From assembly GCA_023898625.1 (NCBI GenBank), contig CP060231.1, positions 413,986-477,985 on the forward strand: a stretch of 64,000 nt of DNA, written 5' to 3'. This stretch comes from Candidatus Nomurabacteria bacterium (GTDB lineage: Bacteria; Patescibacteriota; Saccharimonadia; Saccharimonadales; JAGQNJ01). The position numbers and the translations under genes are program-made. Below, piece by piece: positions 37,960 through 48,478 of this stretch. Numbering within the stretch: the stretch's first letter is position 1; each line of letters starts with the position of its first letter. The notes under the pieces were generated by a model that ran no database searches, was not told the origin of the DNA, and saw only the letters and a list, made by a program, of their open reading frames with translations.

Positions 37960-39897
37960 ATGGGTAAAAAGAAGAGCAATAGACAGAAACGAAAGATGTT
38001 GGCGAAAGTAAAAGTAGAATTACACAAAAGACGGAGACTTGTCTTAATTATCGGGATATTAATTTTTGCACTTGTGGGGGCATGGGTATTGAATAATAGT
38101 AAGGCAGCAACGCCTACTGCGTCTGCCTCTTGTGGGGCAACGGTTTCAAATTATAGTTACCAGGTTCCTTTTGGCAATGCTGTTTGGAATCAGCCTGTTT
38201 GTAACTTGCCTCGATATGCAAAATCAGCGGATTATGCCAATAGATTTATTGAATGGGGACACTTGAATGATGGTAGTGCGTCTGCAGATGTCATGAATGG
38301 TATTGTTGGTGCATCGCCCGGATTCCCTGGACCACCAACATTATTTGATCCAGATGGACTAGCTGGATTATTTACTAGGGAAGTTTATTTGGCCAGTAAA
38401 TCCACCACAAACGTAAAAATCATGATAGCGGCAACGGGTGGGTCTGTTCCATCAAATCTTGATGGCGTAAAATGGAATAGTGATCCATTAGTGGCAAAAC
38501 CAGGATACGAAAGTAGTTATCCTGATACACCGATTCCCTGGAACCCAGCATGGAAAACTGGAATGGGTGGAGATAATGAAATGATTATCTTAGACGACAG
38601 ACCGGGACCCACCATGGGACGAATATATACTATTTGGGGATATAATGCAGGGGGTTGTTTACTTCTTTCGGGTGACCGTATATGTGGTATGTCAATTAAT
38701 GTTAACCGTGATCGTAATGGCAATTACGTTGATTATAGAACATATGAAGGGTCGGTGGGCGATCGAGGGGTAGGTATATCATACTATGCTGGTGTTGTAA
38801 TGCCAGATGAAGTTAAGGCTAAAGAAATCCGTCATGCTATAGGTATCTCTATGCCGAATACTTCTTATGGGTCAATTTGTACTAAAGCTCAGCTTGGCAC
38901 TAATGCGGAGGGTAAGACGTGTGGCACTGCCGTCGCACCGGCTAGTAAATTTGAATGGGGTGGTGTTTCACAGGAGTCTCGTTTTGCTGAACCATATCGT
39001 TCAATCTACTCAATAGACAAAACAATTCCGGAAGGTATGCGATTTGCGATTGATTTATCATACGATGATATTGAGTCATGGATACGCTCTAGGCCCGACT
39101 TAGTACAGAACCCAACCAGAGCCGACACCGCGAGAACATTCGCTAAAGCTATACGTGATTATGGGATGATTGTTGTAGATACTAACGGGGCAAGGCCGGA
39201 TATACAGATGGCTGGTGGCGTGAATCCAGAGAACGCACAGAAGTGGAAAGACTTAGGGATGGGGCCTGATCTAGGGGGTAACGACTTATTAAAGGGACTA
39301 ATAACAAAAGACAATCTTTATGTTGTCGATCCTCCAACTGTTACCTGTGAGGATGGGTCTACATCAAAAAACTTCTGTAAGTGGACAACTGCAAGTTATG
39401 GATCTATAGTTAGTCCTCCGGCAGATACTATCAAACCAACAATTTCCATAACGTCTCCAGCAAATAATTCTCAACAAAATGGTCAGTTTGTGGTTGCTTT
39501 TAACGCATCTGACAATGTCGGGGTTGTACATGCTGAGATATTCGTTGATGGAGTGTCAAAAAAAGTATTCAACGCGCAACCTTACGAGTTGTCGCTAAAC
39601 ACATCATCTCTTGGAAGTGGCTTACATAACATAACAGTAGAGGCCAAAGATTCGGCCGGTAATATAGCAAGCTCTAGTGTTAGTATAACTGTTCCAAGCA
39701 CTACACCTGCATCAAAACCGTGTGATTTTGATAATAACGGTCTAGTTTACCTGCCAGATCTGTCTAAACTATTAGCAAACTGGAAGAAGACAGTTGTAGT
39801 TGGTAAAGATGGCGATTGTAATGGTGCGAACGGAGTGCCTGATGGTAAAGTTCTAATTGACGATCTTGGAAAATTACTGGCATTATGGAAGAAGTAA
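37960..39897 (+). CDS. Membrane-anchored secreted protein with Ig-like domain and dockerin-like C-terminal duplicated Ca-binding motif
   Basis: N-terminal TM (LVLIIGILIFALVGAWVL); Ig-like segment (TIKPTISITSPANNS...HNITVEAKDSAGNIASSSVSITV); C-terminal DFDNNGLVYLPDLSKLLANW and DCNGANGVPDGKVLIDDLGKLLALW resemble the two dockerin repeats. Confidence 0.55.
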   Translation: MGKKKSNRQKRKMLAKVKVELHKRRRLVLIIGILIFALVGAWVLNNSKAATPTASASCGATVSNYSYQVPFGNAVWNQPVCNLPRYAKSADYANRFIEWGHLNDGSASADVMNGIVGASPGFPGPPTLFDPDGLAGLFTREVYLASKSTTNVKIMIAATGGSVPSNLDGVKWNSDPLVAKPGYESSYPDTPIPWNPAWKTGMGGDNEMIILDDRPGPTMGRIYTIWGYNAGGCLLLSGDRICGMSINVNRDRNGNYVDYRTYEGSVGDRGVGISYYAGVVMPDEVKAKEIRHAIGISMPNTSYGSICTKAQLGTNAEGKTCGTAVAPASKFEWGGVSQESRFAEPYRSIYSIDKTIPEGMRFAIDLSYDDIESWIRSRPDLVQNPTRADTARTFAKAIRDYGMIVVDTNGARPDIQMAGGVNPENAQKWKDLGMGPDLGGNDLLKGLITKDNLYVVDPPTVTCEDGSTSKNFCKWTTASYGSIVSPPADTIKPTISITSPANNSQQNGQFVVAFNASDNVGVVHAEIFVDGVSKKVFNAQPYELSLNTSSLGSGLHNITVEAKDSAGNIASSSVSITVPSTTPASKPCDFDNNGLVYLPDLSKLLANWKKTVVVGKDGDCNGANGVPDGKVLIDDLGKLLALWKK

Positions 39898-39903
39898 CTA
39901 TCT

Positions 39904-40371
39904 CTAGTTAGTTTGTTGCAGGGTCTTTAGATCCCGAATGATCTCTGAGCTATGTTGTTTGGGGTTGACGCCCAGATATTCTTTCACAATAAGTCCCTCT
40001 GGACTTATCAAGAAGGTGTTTCTTAGGGTTCCAGTAAATTCTCTTCCCATGAATTTCTTTTTCCCCCAGGAATTGTATGTTTCTATAATTTTGTGATCTG
40101 GGTCACTCAGTAGCTTGAAATTTAGCCCATACTTCTTAGCGAATTTTGCATGACTTGCAACAGAGTCCTTACTGATACCAATTATAACCGTGTCGTTTAG
40201 TTTTACTATGTCATCTCTAGCATCTCTAAAATTACAGGCCTCTGTGGTACAGCCTGGGGTGTCATCTTTTGGATAGAAGTAAAGCACCACCCATTTACCC
40301 AAATAGCTTTTCAAACTGACTGTTTCATCGTTTTGATCTTTAAGGTTAAAATCTGTAGCAACTTTATTCAT
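39904..40371 (-). CDS. bcp: Thiol peroxidase Bcp (peroxiredoxin, AhpC/TSA family)
   Basis: VVLYFYPKDDTPGCTTEACNFRD peroxidatic Cys motif. Confidence 0.85.
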   Translation of the reverse strand: MNKVATDFNLKDQNDETVSLKSYLGKWVVLYFYPKDDTPGCTTEACNFRDARDDIVKLNDTVIIGISKDSVASHAKFAKKYGLNFKLLSDPDHKIIETYNSWGKKKFMGREFTGTLRNTFLISPEGLIVKEYLGVNPKQHSSEIIRDLKTLQQTN

Positions 40372-40382
40372 ATTATGACCTC

Positions 40383-40997
40383 CTATTTTGTCGAAAACTC
40401 TTGTAGTTTGTTTAAAATATCACTTGTTACCTTTGATTTTTCTTGAGATCCATCAACTTCTATTAGAAGATTACGTTTCTTGTAATAGTTAATTACTGGC
40501 AAGGTTTTGGATTTAAATTCTGACAATCGAACATTTATAGAGTCTTGATTATCATCATCACGATTCCCCCTATCGCCTAATTTTATGGCATTTCTCCATC
40601 TTGCTATTACTTCTTCCTCACTGATATTTAAATGAATCACAGCTTTCAGTGGGTGTGATGCTTCTGTCGCAGATTTACAGATTGGCTCTTCTTCTCCGTG
40701 CCATCTACCGAGTGAGCTGAAAATCAAGGGTCTATCACTATATTCTACACGTTTTAAGTATGGTAAAACCATGGCAAGATATTCTTTTTGTGGCGCTAGT
40801 TTACCAGTTGCAATGTGTGATTTTATTTGTTCGTGAGTAGATGCGCGAATAATATCTCCACCTCCGATAATAGGGGCGTTAAATACGTTTGACAATATGC
40901 GTGCTTGGGTGTCTTTGCCGGAGAAGGGTCGTCCGAATATATTAATTGACCCAGTTGATAACCATGTACGAATGATTTCTAGTTCAGTTTCTTGCAT
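40383..40997 (-). CDS. Adenylate-kinase-family nucleoside monophosphate kinase (P-loop)
   Basis: INIFGRPFSGKDTQARILS...IIGGGDIIRA resembles Adk GPPGAGKGTQ...STGDMLRA. Start set at MQETELE so the CIRCE/promoter lies in the intergenic region. Confidence 0.55.
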   Translation of the reverse strand: MQETELEIIRTWLSTGSINIFGRPFSGKDTQARILSNVFNAPIIGGGDIIRASTHEQIKSHIATGKLAPQKEYLAMVLPYLKRVEYSDRPLIFSSLGRWHGEEEPICKSATEASHPLKAVIHLNISEEEVIARWRNAIKLGDRGNRDDDNQDSINVRLSEFKSKTLPVINYYKKRNLLIEVDGSQEKSKVTSDILNKLQEFSTK

Positions 40998-41034
40998 GGA
41001 TTGATTATACAACCGATAGGGATAAAGTAAAAGA

Positions 41035-41061
41035 TTAGCACTCTTGACCATTAAGTGCTAA
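41035..41061 (+). promoter_or_regulatory. CIRCE operator (HrcA binding site) overlapping the hrcA promoter
   Basis: TTAGCACTC-ttgaccatt-AAGTGCTAA (consensus TTAGCACTC-N9-GAGTGCTAA). -35 TTGACC lies inside the spacer; -10 TAGAAT 17 nt downstream; RBS AGGAG before the hrcA ATG. Confidence 0.8.
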
Positions 41062-41092
41062 AAGGGTAGAATTACTACTATAGGAGATAACC

Positions 41093-41794
41093 ATGACAGA
41101 TAGACAGCAACGAATTTTGCAGGCCATTGTTGAGCAGTATGCCGAAGTAGCGAGCCCAGTAGGCTCGAGTTTATTGGCGAAGGTGTTTGATGTTTCGTCT
41201 GCGACAATTCGTGCAGAAATGGCAGAGCTGGAAAAACATGGTTACATTACACACCCACACACAAGTGCTGGTAGGATACCCACTGATAAGGGGTATCGAT
41301 TTTATGTGAATAGTATAGATAATTCAGAGGTATCCAAATCTGTTCCTCGTGCCGAGAAAGCTTTGACAACGCGAGCACATGGAGGTGTACCAGAAAAAGC
41401 CATTCGTAATACCGTAGACACCTTAGTAGAATTAACGCACAATTTAGGGTTAGCTACAATAGGAGACCAATTATACATGAGTGGGCTTTCAAATTTGTTT
41501 GGGCAACCAGAATTTATCAATAGCAGTCAAGTCCGTGAGGTAGCTAGGTTGTTGGATAATCTAGAGCCATGGCTATATGAAGCGGCTCCCAATGAGCCAC
41601 TTAGTGTTTATATTGGTAAAGAAAACCCAGTTGGACGAAGCGCGGGATGCACACTAATAGTTAGTCGTTTCACTAGTCCATTTTCAGACCGTAGTTATAT
41701 TGGAGTGCTTGGCCCAACAAGGCAAAGCTATCGAGATGTTATGACATTAGTTCGACGTGCAGGCAAAACACTAGAGGAGGCAATGTATGGCTAA
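41093..41794 (+). CDS. hrcA: Heat-inducible transcription repressor HrcA (short form)
   Basis: RQQRILQAIVEQYAEVASPVGSSLLAKVFDVSSATIRAEMAELEKHGYITHPHTSAGRIPTDKGYRFYV, the canonical HrcA N-terminus. Confidence 0.85.
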   Translation: MTDRQQRILQAIVEQYAEVASPVGSSLLAKVFDVSSATIRAEMAELEKHGYITHPHTSAGRIPTDKGYRFYVNSIDNSEVSKSVPRAEKALTTRAHGGVPEKAIRNTVDTLVELTHNLGLATIGDQLYMSGLSNLFGQPEFINSSQVREVARLLDNLEPWLYEAAPNEPLSVYIGKENPVGRSAGCTLIVSRFTSPFSDRSYIGVLGPTRQSYRDVMTLVRRAGKTLEEAMYG

Positions 41795-42263
41795 GAAATC
41801 ATCACCAACAACCAACGATGAATTACAAATTTTGCAACAACAAGTAGCAGATTTGACTGACGCACTACAAAGAGAACGTGCAGATATTATCAACGTGCGC
41901 CGTCGTCACGATGAGCAATTGTCAAGTGTTAAAAAGGTGGTGAAAATTCAGGTTGTAGAAGAGCTATTGCCGGTTATCGATAATTTTGAAAGAGCTCTTA
42001 GGCATGTCCCTAAAGATATTGAAAATAATGATTTTGTGAAAGGTGTTAGCGGGATTGTTAAGCAATTTGAAAAGACACTTACAGATTTAGGCGTGGCAAA
42101 AATACCAACAATTGGTCAACGGTTTGATCCAAACCTGCATGAAGCAGTTGGCGCAGAAGACGGAGTAGGCGAGAAAGAGATTATTATAGGAGAGTTACAG
42201 TCTGGATATATGCTCGAAGATGCTGTTTTACGCCACGCAATGGTTAAGGTCCAAAAACAATAA
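41787..42263 (+). CDS. grpE: Nucleotide exchange factor GrpE
   Basis: Coiled-coil N-terminus, LLPVIDNFERAL, GQRFDPNLHEAV, GYMLEDAVLRHAMVKV. Confidence 0.85.
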   Translation: MAKKSSPTTNDELQILQQQVADLTDALQRERADIINVRRRHDEQLSSVKKVVKIQVVEELLPVIDNFERALRHVPKDIENNDFVKGVSGIVKQFEKTLTDLGVAKIPTIGQRFDPNLHEAVGAEDGVGEKEIIIGELQSGYMLEDAVLRHAMVKVQKQ

Positions 42264-42264
42264 A

Positions 42265-42339
42265 CTAGCACTCTTGACTTGCGAGTGCCAATTTGTGTAT
42301 GATACAATTGTTTTAGCACTCTAATAGGTAAATTGCTAA
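42265..42339 (+). promoter_or_regulatory. dnaK leader with one strong and one degenerate CIRCE element and extended -10 promoter
   Basis: CTAGCACTC-ttgacttgc-GAGTGCCAA (42265..42291); TGTGTATGAT extended -10 (about 42294..42303); second partial CIRCE TTAGCACTC-taataggta-AATTGCTAA (42313..42339). Confidence 0.7.
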
Positions 42340-42354
42340 CGAAAGGATAATCAA

Positions 42355-44265
42355 ATGGGTAAGATAATAGGAATAGACTTAGGAACAACAAACTCAGCTA
42401 TGGCTGTAATGCAGGCCGGAAAGCCAGAAATTATTACAAATTCTGAAGGGAATCGCACTACCCCAAGCGTGGTAGCTATTAACAAAAATAATGAACGCTT
42501 AGTGGGTCAGGTTGCCAACCGACAGAGAGTTATTAATCCAAAGAACACTATCTTTGGCGTAAAGCGATTAATTGGCCGTAATTTCAACGATAAAGAAGTT
42601 CAAAAAGACATAGAACTAATGCCTTATGATATCGTAAAGAGTGGATCTGGCGTAAAAGTTAAGATGGCCGATAAAGAGTACAGCCCAGAAGAAGTAAGCG
42701 CAATGATTCTGAGTAAACTTAAGGCTGACGCAGAAGCGTTCTTGGGTGAGCCAGTTTCAGAAGCTGTAATTACTGTTCCTGCATATTTTGATGATTCTCA
42801 ACGACAAGCCACAAAAGACGCAGGTAAGATTGCTGGCCTAGAAGTGAAGCGTATTATTAACGAACCAACTGCTGCAGCACTTGCTTATGGAATTGATAAG
42901 AAAGGTAAAGAAGAAAAGGTTGTTGTCTTTGACCTTGGTGGTGGAACTTTCGATGTTTCTATTCTGCACTTGGGTGATGGTGTCTTTGAGGTGTTATCAA
43001 CCAATGGAGATACTCACTTAGGCGGAGAGGATTTTGATCTTAGGATTGTCAATCACTTTGTTGACGAATTCAAGAAAGAAAGCGGTATTGACATAAAAAA
43101 CGACAAGGCCGCCATGCAACGACTTAAAGAGGAAGCTGAAAAAGCCAAGAAGGAGCTATCTACCACAGAAGTCACAGACATTAATTTGCCATTCTTGACT
43201 GCTGATGCCGAGGGTCCAAAACACTTTGAATACAAGCTAACTAGAGCAAAATTAATAGATTTAGTTCAGGAGCTAATCGACCAAACTGCGGTTCCATGTG
43301 AAAAAGCCCTAAAAGATGCGAAGCTGACTGCCAAAGATATCGATGAAATTATTTTGGTTGGTGGTATGACGCGAATGCCAGCAGTTGTCGAAAAAGTTAA
43401 AAGTATTTTTGGGAAAGACCCAATGCAAGGAGTTAATCCCGATGAAGTGGTGGCAGTGGGCGCTGCGATTCAGGGTGGAGTTTTGCAAGGTGACGTTAAG
43501 GATGTGTTGCTTCTTGATGTAACTCCGCTATCACTAGGTATTGAAACACTTGGAGGTGTCGCCACAAAACTAATCGAGCGTAATACAACAATTCCTACAA
43601 GTAAAAGTGAGGTTTTTAGCACAGCAGCCGATAATCAGCCACAGGTTGAGATCCATGTTGTTCAAGGTGAGCGTGAAATGGTTGCCGACAACAAAAGTTT
43701 AGGACGATTTGTTCTTGATGGTATTCCGTCCGCGCCACGGGGTGTTCCGCAAATCGAAGTCACCTTTAATATTGATGCCAATGGTATTTTAAACGTTACA
43801 GCAAAAGATAAGGGATCTGGTAAAGAGCAATCAATTACCATCCAGAACAGTGGTAATCTTGATAAAGCAGATGTCGAAAAGGCAGCAAAAGAGGCGGAGG
43901 CTCATGCAGAAGAAGACAAGAAAAAGCGTGAAGCGGTAGAAGCAAGAAATCATCTTGACAGCGCAATATATCAGGCAGAGAAGATGAAATCGGACAATAA
44001 AGATAAGCTAAGCGAAGAAGATGCCAAAGCACTTGAAGAGGCAGTTGAAAAAGCCAAAAAAGTCGCAAGTGATGAAAAAGCTGAAAAAGATGCCCTGGAA
44101 GAGGCTGGCAAAGAACTATCTGACAAGTTGATGCCAATAGGCGCCAAAATGTATGAGCAGGCTCAGAAGGAAGAATCTGAAAGTAAAGACGCCAAGTCAG
44201 AAGATAAAGAATCCAGTAAAGACGAACCAGTTGAAGGCGAAGTCGTCGACAACAAGGAAGACTAA
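42355..44265 (+). CDS. dnaK: Molecular chaperone DnaK (Hsp70)
   Basis: [30 protein letters not shown], canonical Hsp70 throughout. Confidence 0.97.
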   Translation: MGKIIGIDLGTTNSAMAVMQAGKPEIITNSEGNRTTPSVVAINKNNERLVGQVANRQRVINPKNTIFGVKRLIGRNFNDKEVQKDIELMPYDIVKSGSGVKVKMADKEYSPEEVSAMILSKLKADAEAFLGEPVSEAVITVPAYFDDSQRQATKDAGKIAGLEVKRIINEPTAAALAYGIDKKGKEEKVVVFDLGGGTFDVSILHLGDGVFEVLSTNGDTHLGGEDFDLRIVNHFVDEFKKESGIDIKNDKAAMQRLKEEAEKAKKELSTTEVTDINLPFLTADAEGPKHFEYKLTRAKLIDLVQELIDQTAVPCEKALKDAKLTAKDIDEIILVGGMTRMPAVVEKVKSIFGKDPMQGVNPDEVVAVGAAIQGGVLQGDVKDVLLLDVTPLSLGIETLGGVATKLIERNTTIPTSKSEVFSTAADNQPQVEIHVVQGEREMVADNKSLGRFVLDGIPSAPRGVPQIEVTFNIDANGILNVTAKDKGSGKEQSITIQNSGNLDKADVEKAAKEAEAHAEEDKKKREAVEARNHLDSAIYQAEKMKSDNKDKLSEEDAKALEEAVEKAKKVASDEKAEKDALEEAGKELSDKLMPIGAKMYEQAQKEESESKDAKSEDKESSKDEPVEGEVVDNKED

Positions 44266-44603
44266 TGCCAGAAAAAGAACCATTTTTGTGTGATGGTTGT
44301 CCTGGAAAGGGTAATCCTTACGTTGACTTTGATGTTAACGGGAGTTGTTATTTCAGAAGTGTTGATTCGTTCCTCCAAACTAGAAGATATCGTATAGAAT
44401 GTCCAGAACAGTATTCTTCGAACAAAGAGCTGGCAGAATTGAGTTCTGCATATCTTAGATATTTTGATGAGGAAGCAGGAGAGTATTACGAAGAGCAAGG
44501 TAGAATTGAGGAGGCATATTTAGGGATTCTGTGCGCAGAGCGTTTTTTGGCCGGTCACTGTACCAAGACAAGAAATCAAATCTTGAAGGAAAGTGAGATA
44601 TAG
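44265..44603 (+). CDS. Cys-rich hypothetical protein (112 aa) inserted between dnaK and dnaJ
   Basis: ATG overlaps the dnaK TAA (TAATG); CDGCPGKGNPY...GSCYF...IECPEQ...HCTK cysteines; no known domain. Confidence 0.45.
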   Translation: MPEKEPFLCDGCPGKGNPYVDFDVNGSCYFRSVDSFLQTRRYRIECPEQYSSNKELAELSSAYLRYFDEEAGEYYEEQGRIEEAYLGILCAERFLAGHCTKTRNQILKESEI

Positions 44604-44610
44604 TTAATAT

Positions 44611-45726
44611 ATGGCAAAAAGGGATTACTATGAGGTATTGGGTGTTGGCAAGAACGCTAGTGACGACGAGCTAAAAAAGGCTTTTCGAAAAAAGGCAATA
44701 CAATATCACCCAGATAAAGGTGGCGATGAAGCTAAATTTAAAGAGGTCAATGAAGCTTACGAGGTTTTAAAAGACAGTAAAAAACGCCAACGTTATGATC
44801 AATTCGGTCATGCGGGTGTTGGGAGTAGTGCGGCGAGTGACGGATCTGCTGGCGGTAACCCATTCGGTGGTGGTTTTGGAGGATTTCAAGGGCAAAATAT
44901 CAATATAGATTTTGATGATTTAGGTTTGGGTGATATTTTTGGTAGCTTTTTTGGTGGTGGCGGTAATGGAGAGAAGCACAGAAAGGCACGTGGTAATGAC
45001 GTCCAAACTAGGCTTGATTTGTCATTCGAACAGGCAATATTTGGAACAAATATCGACCTAGACTTGAACCTGAATGATACTTGCGAGCACTGCAAAGGTA
45101 GTACTGTTGAGCCCGGACATCAGATGAAGACATGCCCAACATGTAATGGCGCAGGTCAAACGGTGAGAGTAATGCGAACAGTGCTTGGAAATATCCAACA
45201 AGCAGCAGTTTGTGATTCTTGTAAGGGTTCGGGTAAGGTCCCTGAAAAGATATGTACAGTATGTCGAGGATCAGGCGTAGAGCGTAAAAACCAAAAAATC
45301 AAACTCAAGGTGCCAGCAGGTGTAGATGACGGAGCTACAATACGCTTGAGTGGTCATGGTGAGGCTGTGGCAAATGGGCCAAAAGGAGATCTGTATGTGT
45401 CTATCCATGTAAAGGCGCATAAAAAATTCACCAGAGAAGGTGACCTAGTGCTAAGCGAAGAAGTTGTTGATATGGTTGATGCAGCTTTAGGTACAGAAAT
45501 AGATGTTGAAACGGTTGATGGTGTAGTGCGAATGAAGATTCCAGCCGGAACCCAAAGTGGCACAGACTTTAAGTTAAGTGGCCATGGAGTTCCGCACATT
45601 CAGTCAAAGGGTAGAGGCGCACATATCGTAACAGTCACCGTTAAAACTCCAACCAAGCTCAGCAAAAAACAACAAGAATTACTTAAACAGTTTAAGTCTT
45701 CGCACAAAAAAGGATTTTTTGGTTAA
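44611..45726 (+). CDS. dnaJ: Co-chaperone DnaJ
   Basis: J-domain DYYEVLGV...YHPDK, Gly/Phe-rich region, four CxxCxGxG zinc-finger repeats. Confidence 0.95.
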   Translation: MAKRDYYEVLGVGKNASDDELKKAFRKKAIQYHPDKGGDEAKFKEVNEAYEVLKDSKKRQRYDQFGHAGVGSSAASDGSAGGNPFGGGFGGFQGQNINIDFDDLGLGDIFGSFFGGGGNGEKHRKARGNDVQTRLDLSFEQAIFGTNIDLDLNLNDTCEHCKGSTVEPGHQMKTCPTCNGAGQTVRVMRTVLGNIQQAAVCDSCKGSGKVPEKICTVCRGSGVERKNQKIKLKVPAGVDDGATIRLSGHGEAVANGPKGDLYVSIHVKAHKKFTREGDLVLSEEVVDMVDAALGTEIDVETVDGVVRMKIPAGTQSGTDFKLSGHGVPHIQSKGRGAHIVTVTVKTPTKLSKKQQELLKQFKSSHKKGFFG

Positions 45727-46256
45727 TCTTTTTGATCGTCGATTACTTGTATTTGGTCCTTGTAGTATTCTAACTGTTCGTTAATAATCGGTTCCCATGC
45801 ATCAAAGTTGGCGCGATGTTCAAAGGCCGTTTGCGTATAGTCATCCATAGTTCCTAATATCGATTGCGCTATAGCAAGCTTTGAGCCAGGGCTTCTACCT
45901 AGATATATATCTAGCAGTTTGTCTTTACCTTCAGGAATTTCTTCAAGATTACTACCAAAAGGATTACTCACCTTGACATCGTGGTTATCGATGCTTGCTT
46001 TTATGAAATCACATACCGAATCAAACGCTACAGATGCTTGGTCTTTCGAATAATATATAGCGTTAATTTTGCTCAGTCTAAGAGCTGGATTAATGAAGAG
46101 GCCATCAGCATTAAGTGTTAGTAAAGGGTCATTTTGATCTCTGTCTGAAGGTAAGACTTTGTCGATAATATCCATCCACTGAGGCTGGTTATCGATTGGT
46201 GAAGCTTCTTTATCTGGCATGTTGCAAGTATACATTAATGATCGGTATAATAACAA
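45723..46256 (-). CDS. Hypothetical protein
   Basis: ORF convergent with dnaJ (4-nt overlap); acidic; no domain recognised. Confidence 0.4.
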   Translation of the reverse strand: MLLYRSLMYTCNMPDKEASPIDNQPQWMDIIDKVLPSDRDQNDPLLTLNADGLFINPALRLSKINAIYYSKDQASVAFDSVCDFIKASIDNHDVKVSNPFGSNLEEIPEGKDKLLDIYLGRSPGSKLAIAQSILGTMDDYTQTAFEHRANFDAWEPIINEQLEYYKDQIQVIDDQKD

Positions 46257-46262
46257 TCACAC

Positions 46263-46931
46263 GTGTCGAGAAAACATAGTCACTATCACTTTGATCAGCA
46301 ACCCATAAAAAGGCGAAGTAATAAAAGAACACTTCTACTGCTCTTTGGAATATTTTTACTTATTGTTATAGGAATATATTTATTCGTAATAATTCAGTCG
46401 CCAGACATTATGTTAGACAGTAGTGAGTCTGCAAAATCAAAAGAAACCACCTTAGTTAGTCAAAAAAGAGATTTTGTGAAGGTAGACAAGCTTAATTTGG
46501 TTGTTCCTATCGAAGCAGACCCAGATAAAGCTTATGCTTCTGGGGAAATAGTCTGGAAGAATCCCGAAACAGATGACAATAACCAAAGTAGAGGATTTAT
46601 TCTATGTGCAACTAGGTTTAAATTAGGGACTACTCCACAAGCAACAAAAACACAATCACCCTTTTATCATATTGAAAAATTAAGCAAGGACGATGAGATT
46701 GATGTCTATTTTCAAGATCAATGGTATTCATATAAAGTATCAGACGTTCGTAGAGATTCACCAGTTGAGTCATCGAGTAGCAAAGGAAATTTCAATCAAG
46801 CATCCATAAAGATGTATACCTGCTCTAATACTGACGACTCAGATAGCCAATTCGTCGTTACTGGTGAACCAATTGTTACTCAAAAAGAAACACAGAAAGC
46901 TACTAGTGATAGCGGTAGTAGTTTACTTTAG
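46263..46931 (+). CDS. Hypothetical membrane-anchored protein (weak sortase-like fold pattern, catalytic Arg not evident)
   Basis: N-terminal TM (LLLLFGIFLLIVIGIYLFVII); FYHIEKLSKDDEIDVY...YKV...KMYTCSN resembles the sortase beta6-beta7 region but no Arg follows the Cys. Confidence 0.4.
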   Translation: MSRKHSHYHFDQQPIKRRSNKRTLLLLFGIFLLIVIGIYLFVIIQSPDIMLDSSESAKSKETTLVSQKRDFVKVDKLNLVVPIEADPDKAYASGEIVWKNPETDDNNQSRGFILCATRFKLGTTPQATKTQSPFYHIEKLSKDDEIDVYFQDQWYSYKVSDVRRDSPVESSSSKGNFNQASIKMYTCSNTDDSDSQFVVTGEPIVTQKETQKATSDSGSSLL

Positions 46932-47110
46932 TTGAATATATGGTTATGCTTATATTATGTTAAGATTGCGTCAAATTATGTCTAGGCAAGAAGGCCTAAT
47001 TCCACTATTGATTTTCATATTTGCGGTTGTTGTCGGACTAATTGTCCTAGTTTACTTAAGGGTTCAGAACGCTCAGTAGTATTGCAAAAAATCTATAAAT
47101 ATAGTACAAT

Positions 47111-47557
47111 ATGAAAATGGCAGATATAAAAACTAGCTCTATTGCCACAAAAGATGCACAGTCCACTACTTTAGGTGTTTTTGAAACAGCGTATTTTCCG
47201 GAGTTTAGCGATAACATCGTAAGTATTAAAATTGATACTGGTGCATACACCGGAGCAATGCATGCAACTAAAATTAGAGTTGCAACTATTAATGGCAATA
47301 CAAAGTTAGAATTTGCGCCATTTGGCGGGGATAAGCTAGTAAGGGTATCAGATTTTAGAAGAAGTTCAGTAACGAGTTCTAATGGCAGTACTGCAACTAG
47401 ATATTTCATTGATACAGTAATAGTTTTAAGGGGTGTTAGATACAATATTACAATAAGTCTAGCTGATAGAGGTAAGATGAAGTATCCAGTAATAATTGGA
47501 CGCAAGTTCTTGAGAGCAAATAATTTGGTGATTGACCCAAATGGTCAATCGCAGTAA
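47111..47557 (+). CDS. RimK-associated retropepsin-like aspartic peptidase (DUF785 / putative ATP-dependent zinc protease family)
   Basis: D-T-G active-site motif in IKIDTGAYTGAMHA and the conserved GRKFL..NNLVIDP tail; immediately upstream of rimK. Promoter TTGCAA-17-TACAAT abuts the ATG (leaderless; the true start may be the second ATG at 47117). Confidence 0.7.
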   Translation: MKMADIKTSSIATKDAQSTTLGVFETAYFPEFSDNIVSIKIDTGAYTGAMHATKIRVATINGNTKLEFAPFGGDKLVRVSDFRRSSVTSSNGSTATRYFIDTVIVLRGVRYNITISLADRGKMKYPVIIGRKFLRANNLVIDPNGQSQ

Positions 47558-47566
47558 GGTTCAAAC

Positions 47567-48478
47567 ATGAAACTAGCAATTTTATCAAACGGTCCAGGTA
47601 ATTATTCGACAAAACGACTAGCTGAAGAGGCAGAATCGTTAGGTCATGATGTGATGGTTGTGAAATATAAAGAATGTTACGCTTCAATAGAAAAGAGTAA
47701 TCCCGCAGTAAATTATAGAGGCGAAGATCTTCGTGTGGACGCTATTATTCCACGGATTGCTAGTAATATGACTAGATACGGAACAGCAATTGTGCGCCAA
47801 TTTGAGATGCAGGGCGTATATACTGCATCGAACTCGATCGCTATTACAAGATCTAGAGACAAGCTTAGAAGCATGCAATTGCTTGCTAAAGCAGGAGTAG
47901 GTATACCAAAGACTGTTTTCTCTCGTAATACTGCCGATATCGAAGATTTGCTTGATCAAATTGGTGGTACTCCAGTAATAATAAAGTTAGCAAGAGGTAC
48001 TCATGGTAATGGTGTTGTATTGGCAGAGACAAAAAAAGCTGCGAAATCAGTATTACAAGCATTTTATCTTCATAATGAGGATGGTACTAACATATTATTG
48101 CAAGAATTTGTCAAAGAGTCTGCTGGTGAAGATATCCGGGCCTTGGTTGTTGGCGGTAGGGTTGTTGCTAGCATGAAGCGCCAAAGTTTGGATGATGACT
48201 TTCGGAGCAATATTCACCAGGGGGGCGAAGGAATGCCAATTAAACTATCGGACGAAGAGCGCAAGACTGCTACACGGGCTGCAAAGGCAATGGGTTTGCC
48301 TATTTGTGGAGTAGACATGATGCGCTCCGAAAAAGGACCTTTGGTGCTAGAGGTCAACTCTAGTCCTGGTTTGCAGGGAATTGAGAGGGTTACAGGGCGC
48401 AATGTTGCTGTTAAAATAATAGAGTATGTCGAACAAAACGCCCGAAAACAGCGCCGAAAAGATCGCGTTGGTGCCTAG
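47567..48478 (+). CDS. rimK: ATP-grasp alpha-L-glutamate ligase RimK
   Basis: MKLAILSNGPGNYSTKRL..., ATP-grasp motifs (IKLARGTHGNGVVLAE, LLQEFV), C-terminal GVDMMRSEKGPLVLEVNSSPGL. Confidence 0.85.
   Translation: MKLAILSNGPGNYSTKRLAEEAESLGHDVMVVKYKECYASIEKSNPAVNYRGEDLRVDAIIPRIASNMTRYGTAIVRQFEMQGVYTASNSIAITRSRDKLRSMQLLAKAGVGIPKTVFSRNTADIEDLLDQIGGTPVIIKLARGTHGNGVVLAETKKAAKSVLQAFYLHNEDGTNILLQEFVKESAGEDIRALVVGGRVVASMKRQSLDDDFRSNIHQGGEGMPIKLSDEERKTATRAAKAMGLPICGVDMMRSEKGPLVLEVNSSPGLQGIERVTGRNVAVKIIEYVEQNARKQRRKDRVGA

Noticed and set aside
46263-46931. Second sortase
   Set aside because: A His...TC pattern reminiscent of sortase beta6-beta7 is present, but no Arg follows the Cys and there is no TLxTC context. 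This is insufficient to call a sortase.
47056-47505. Minus-strand ORF overlapping the retropepsin-like CDS
   Set aside because: The plus-strand frame carries the DTG active-site motif and conserved C-terminal motif of the RimK-associated peptidase family. The minus ORF is hydrophobic low-complexity with no support.
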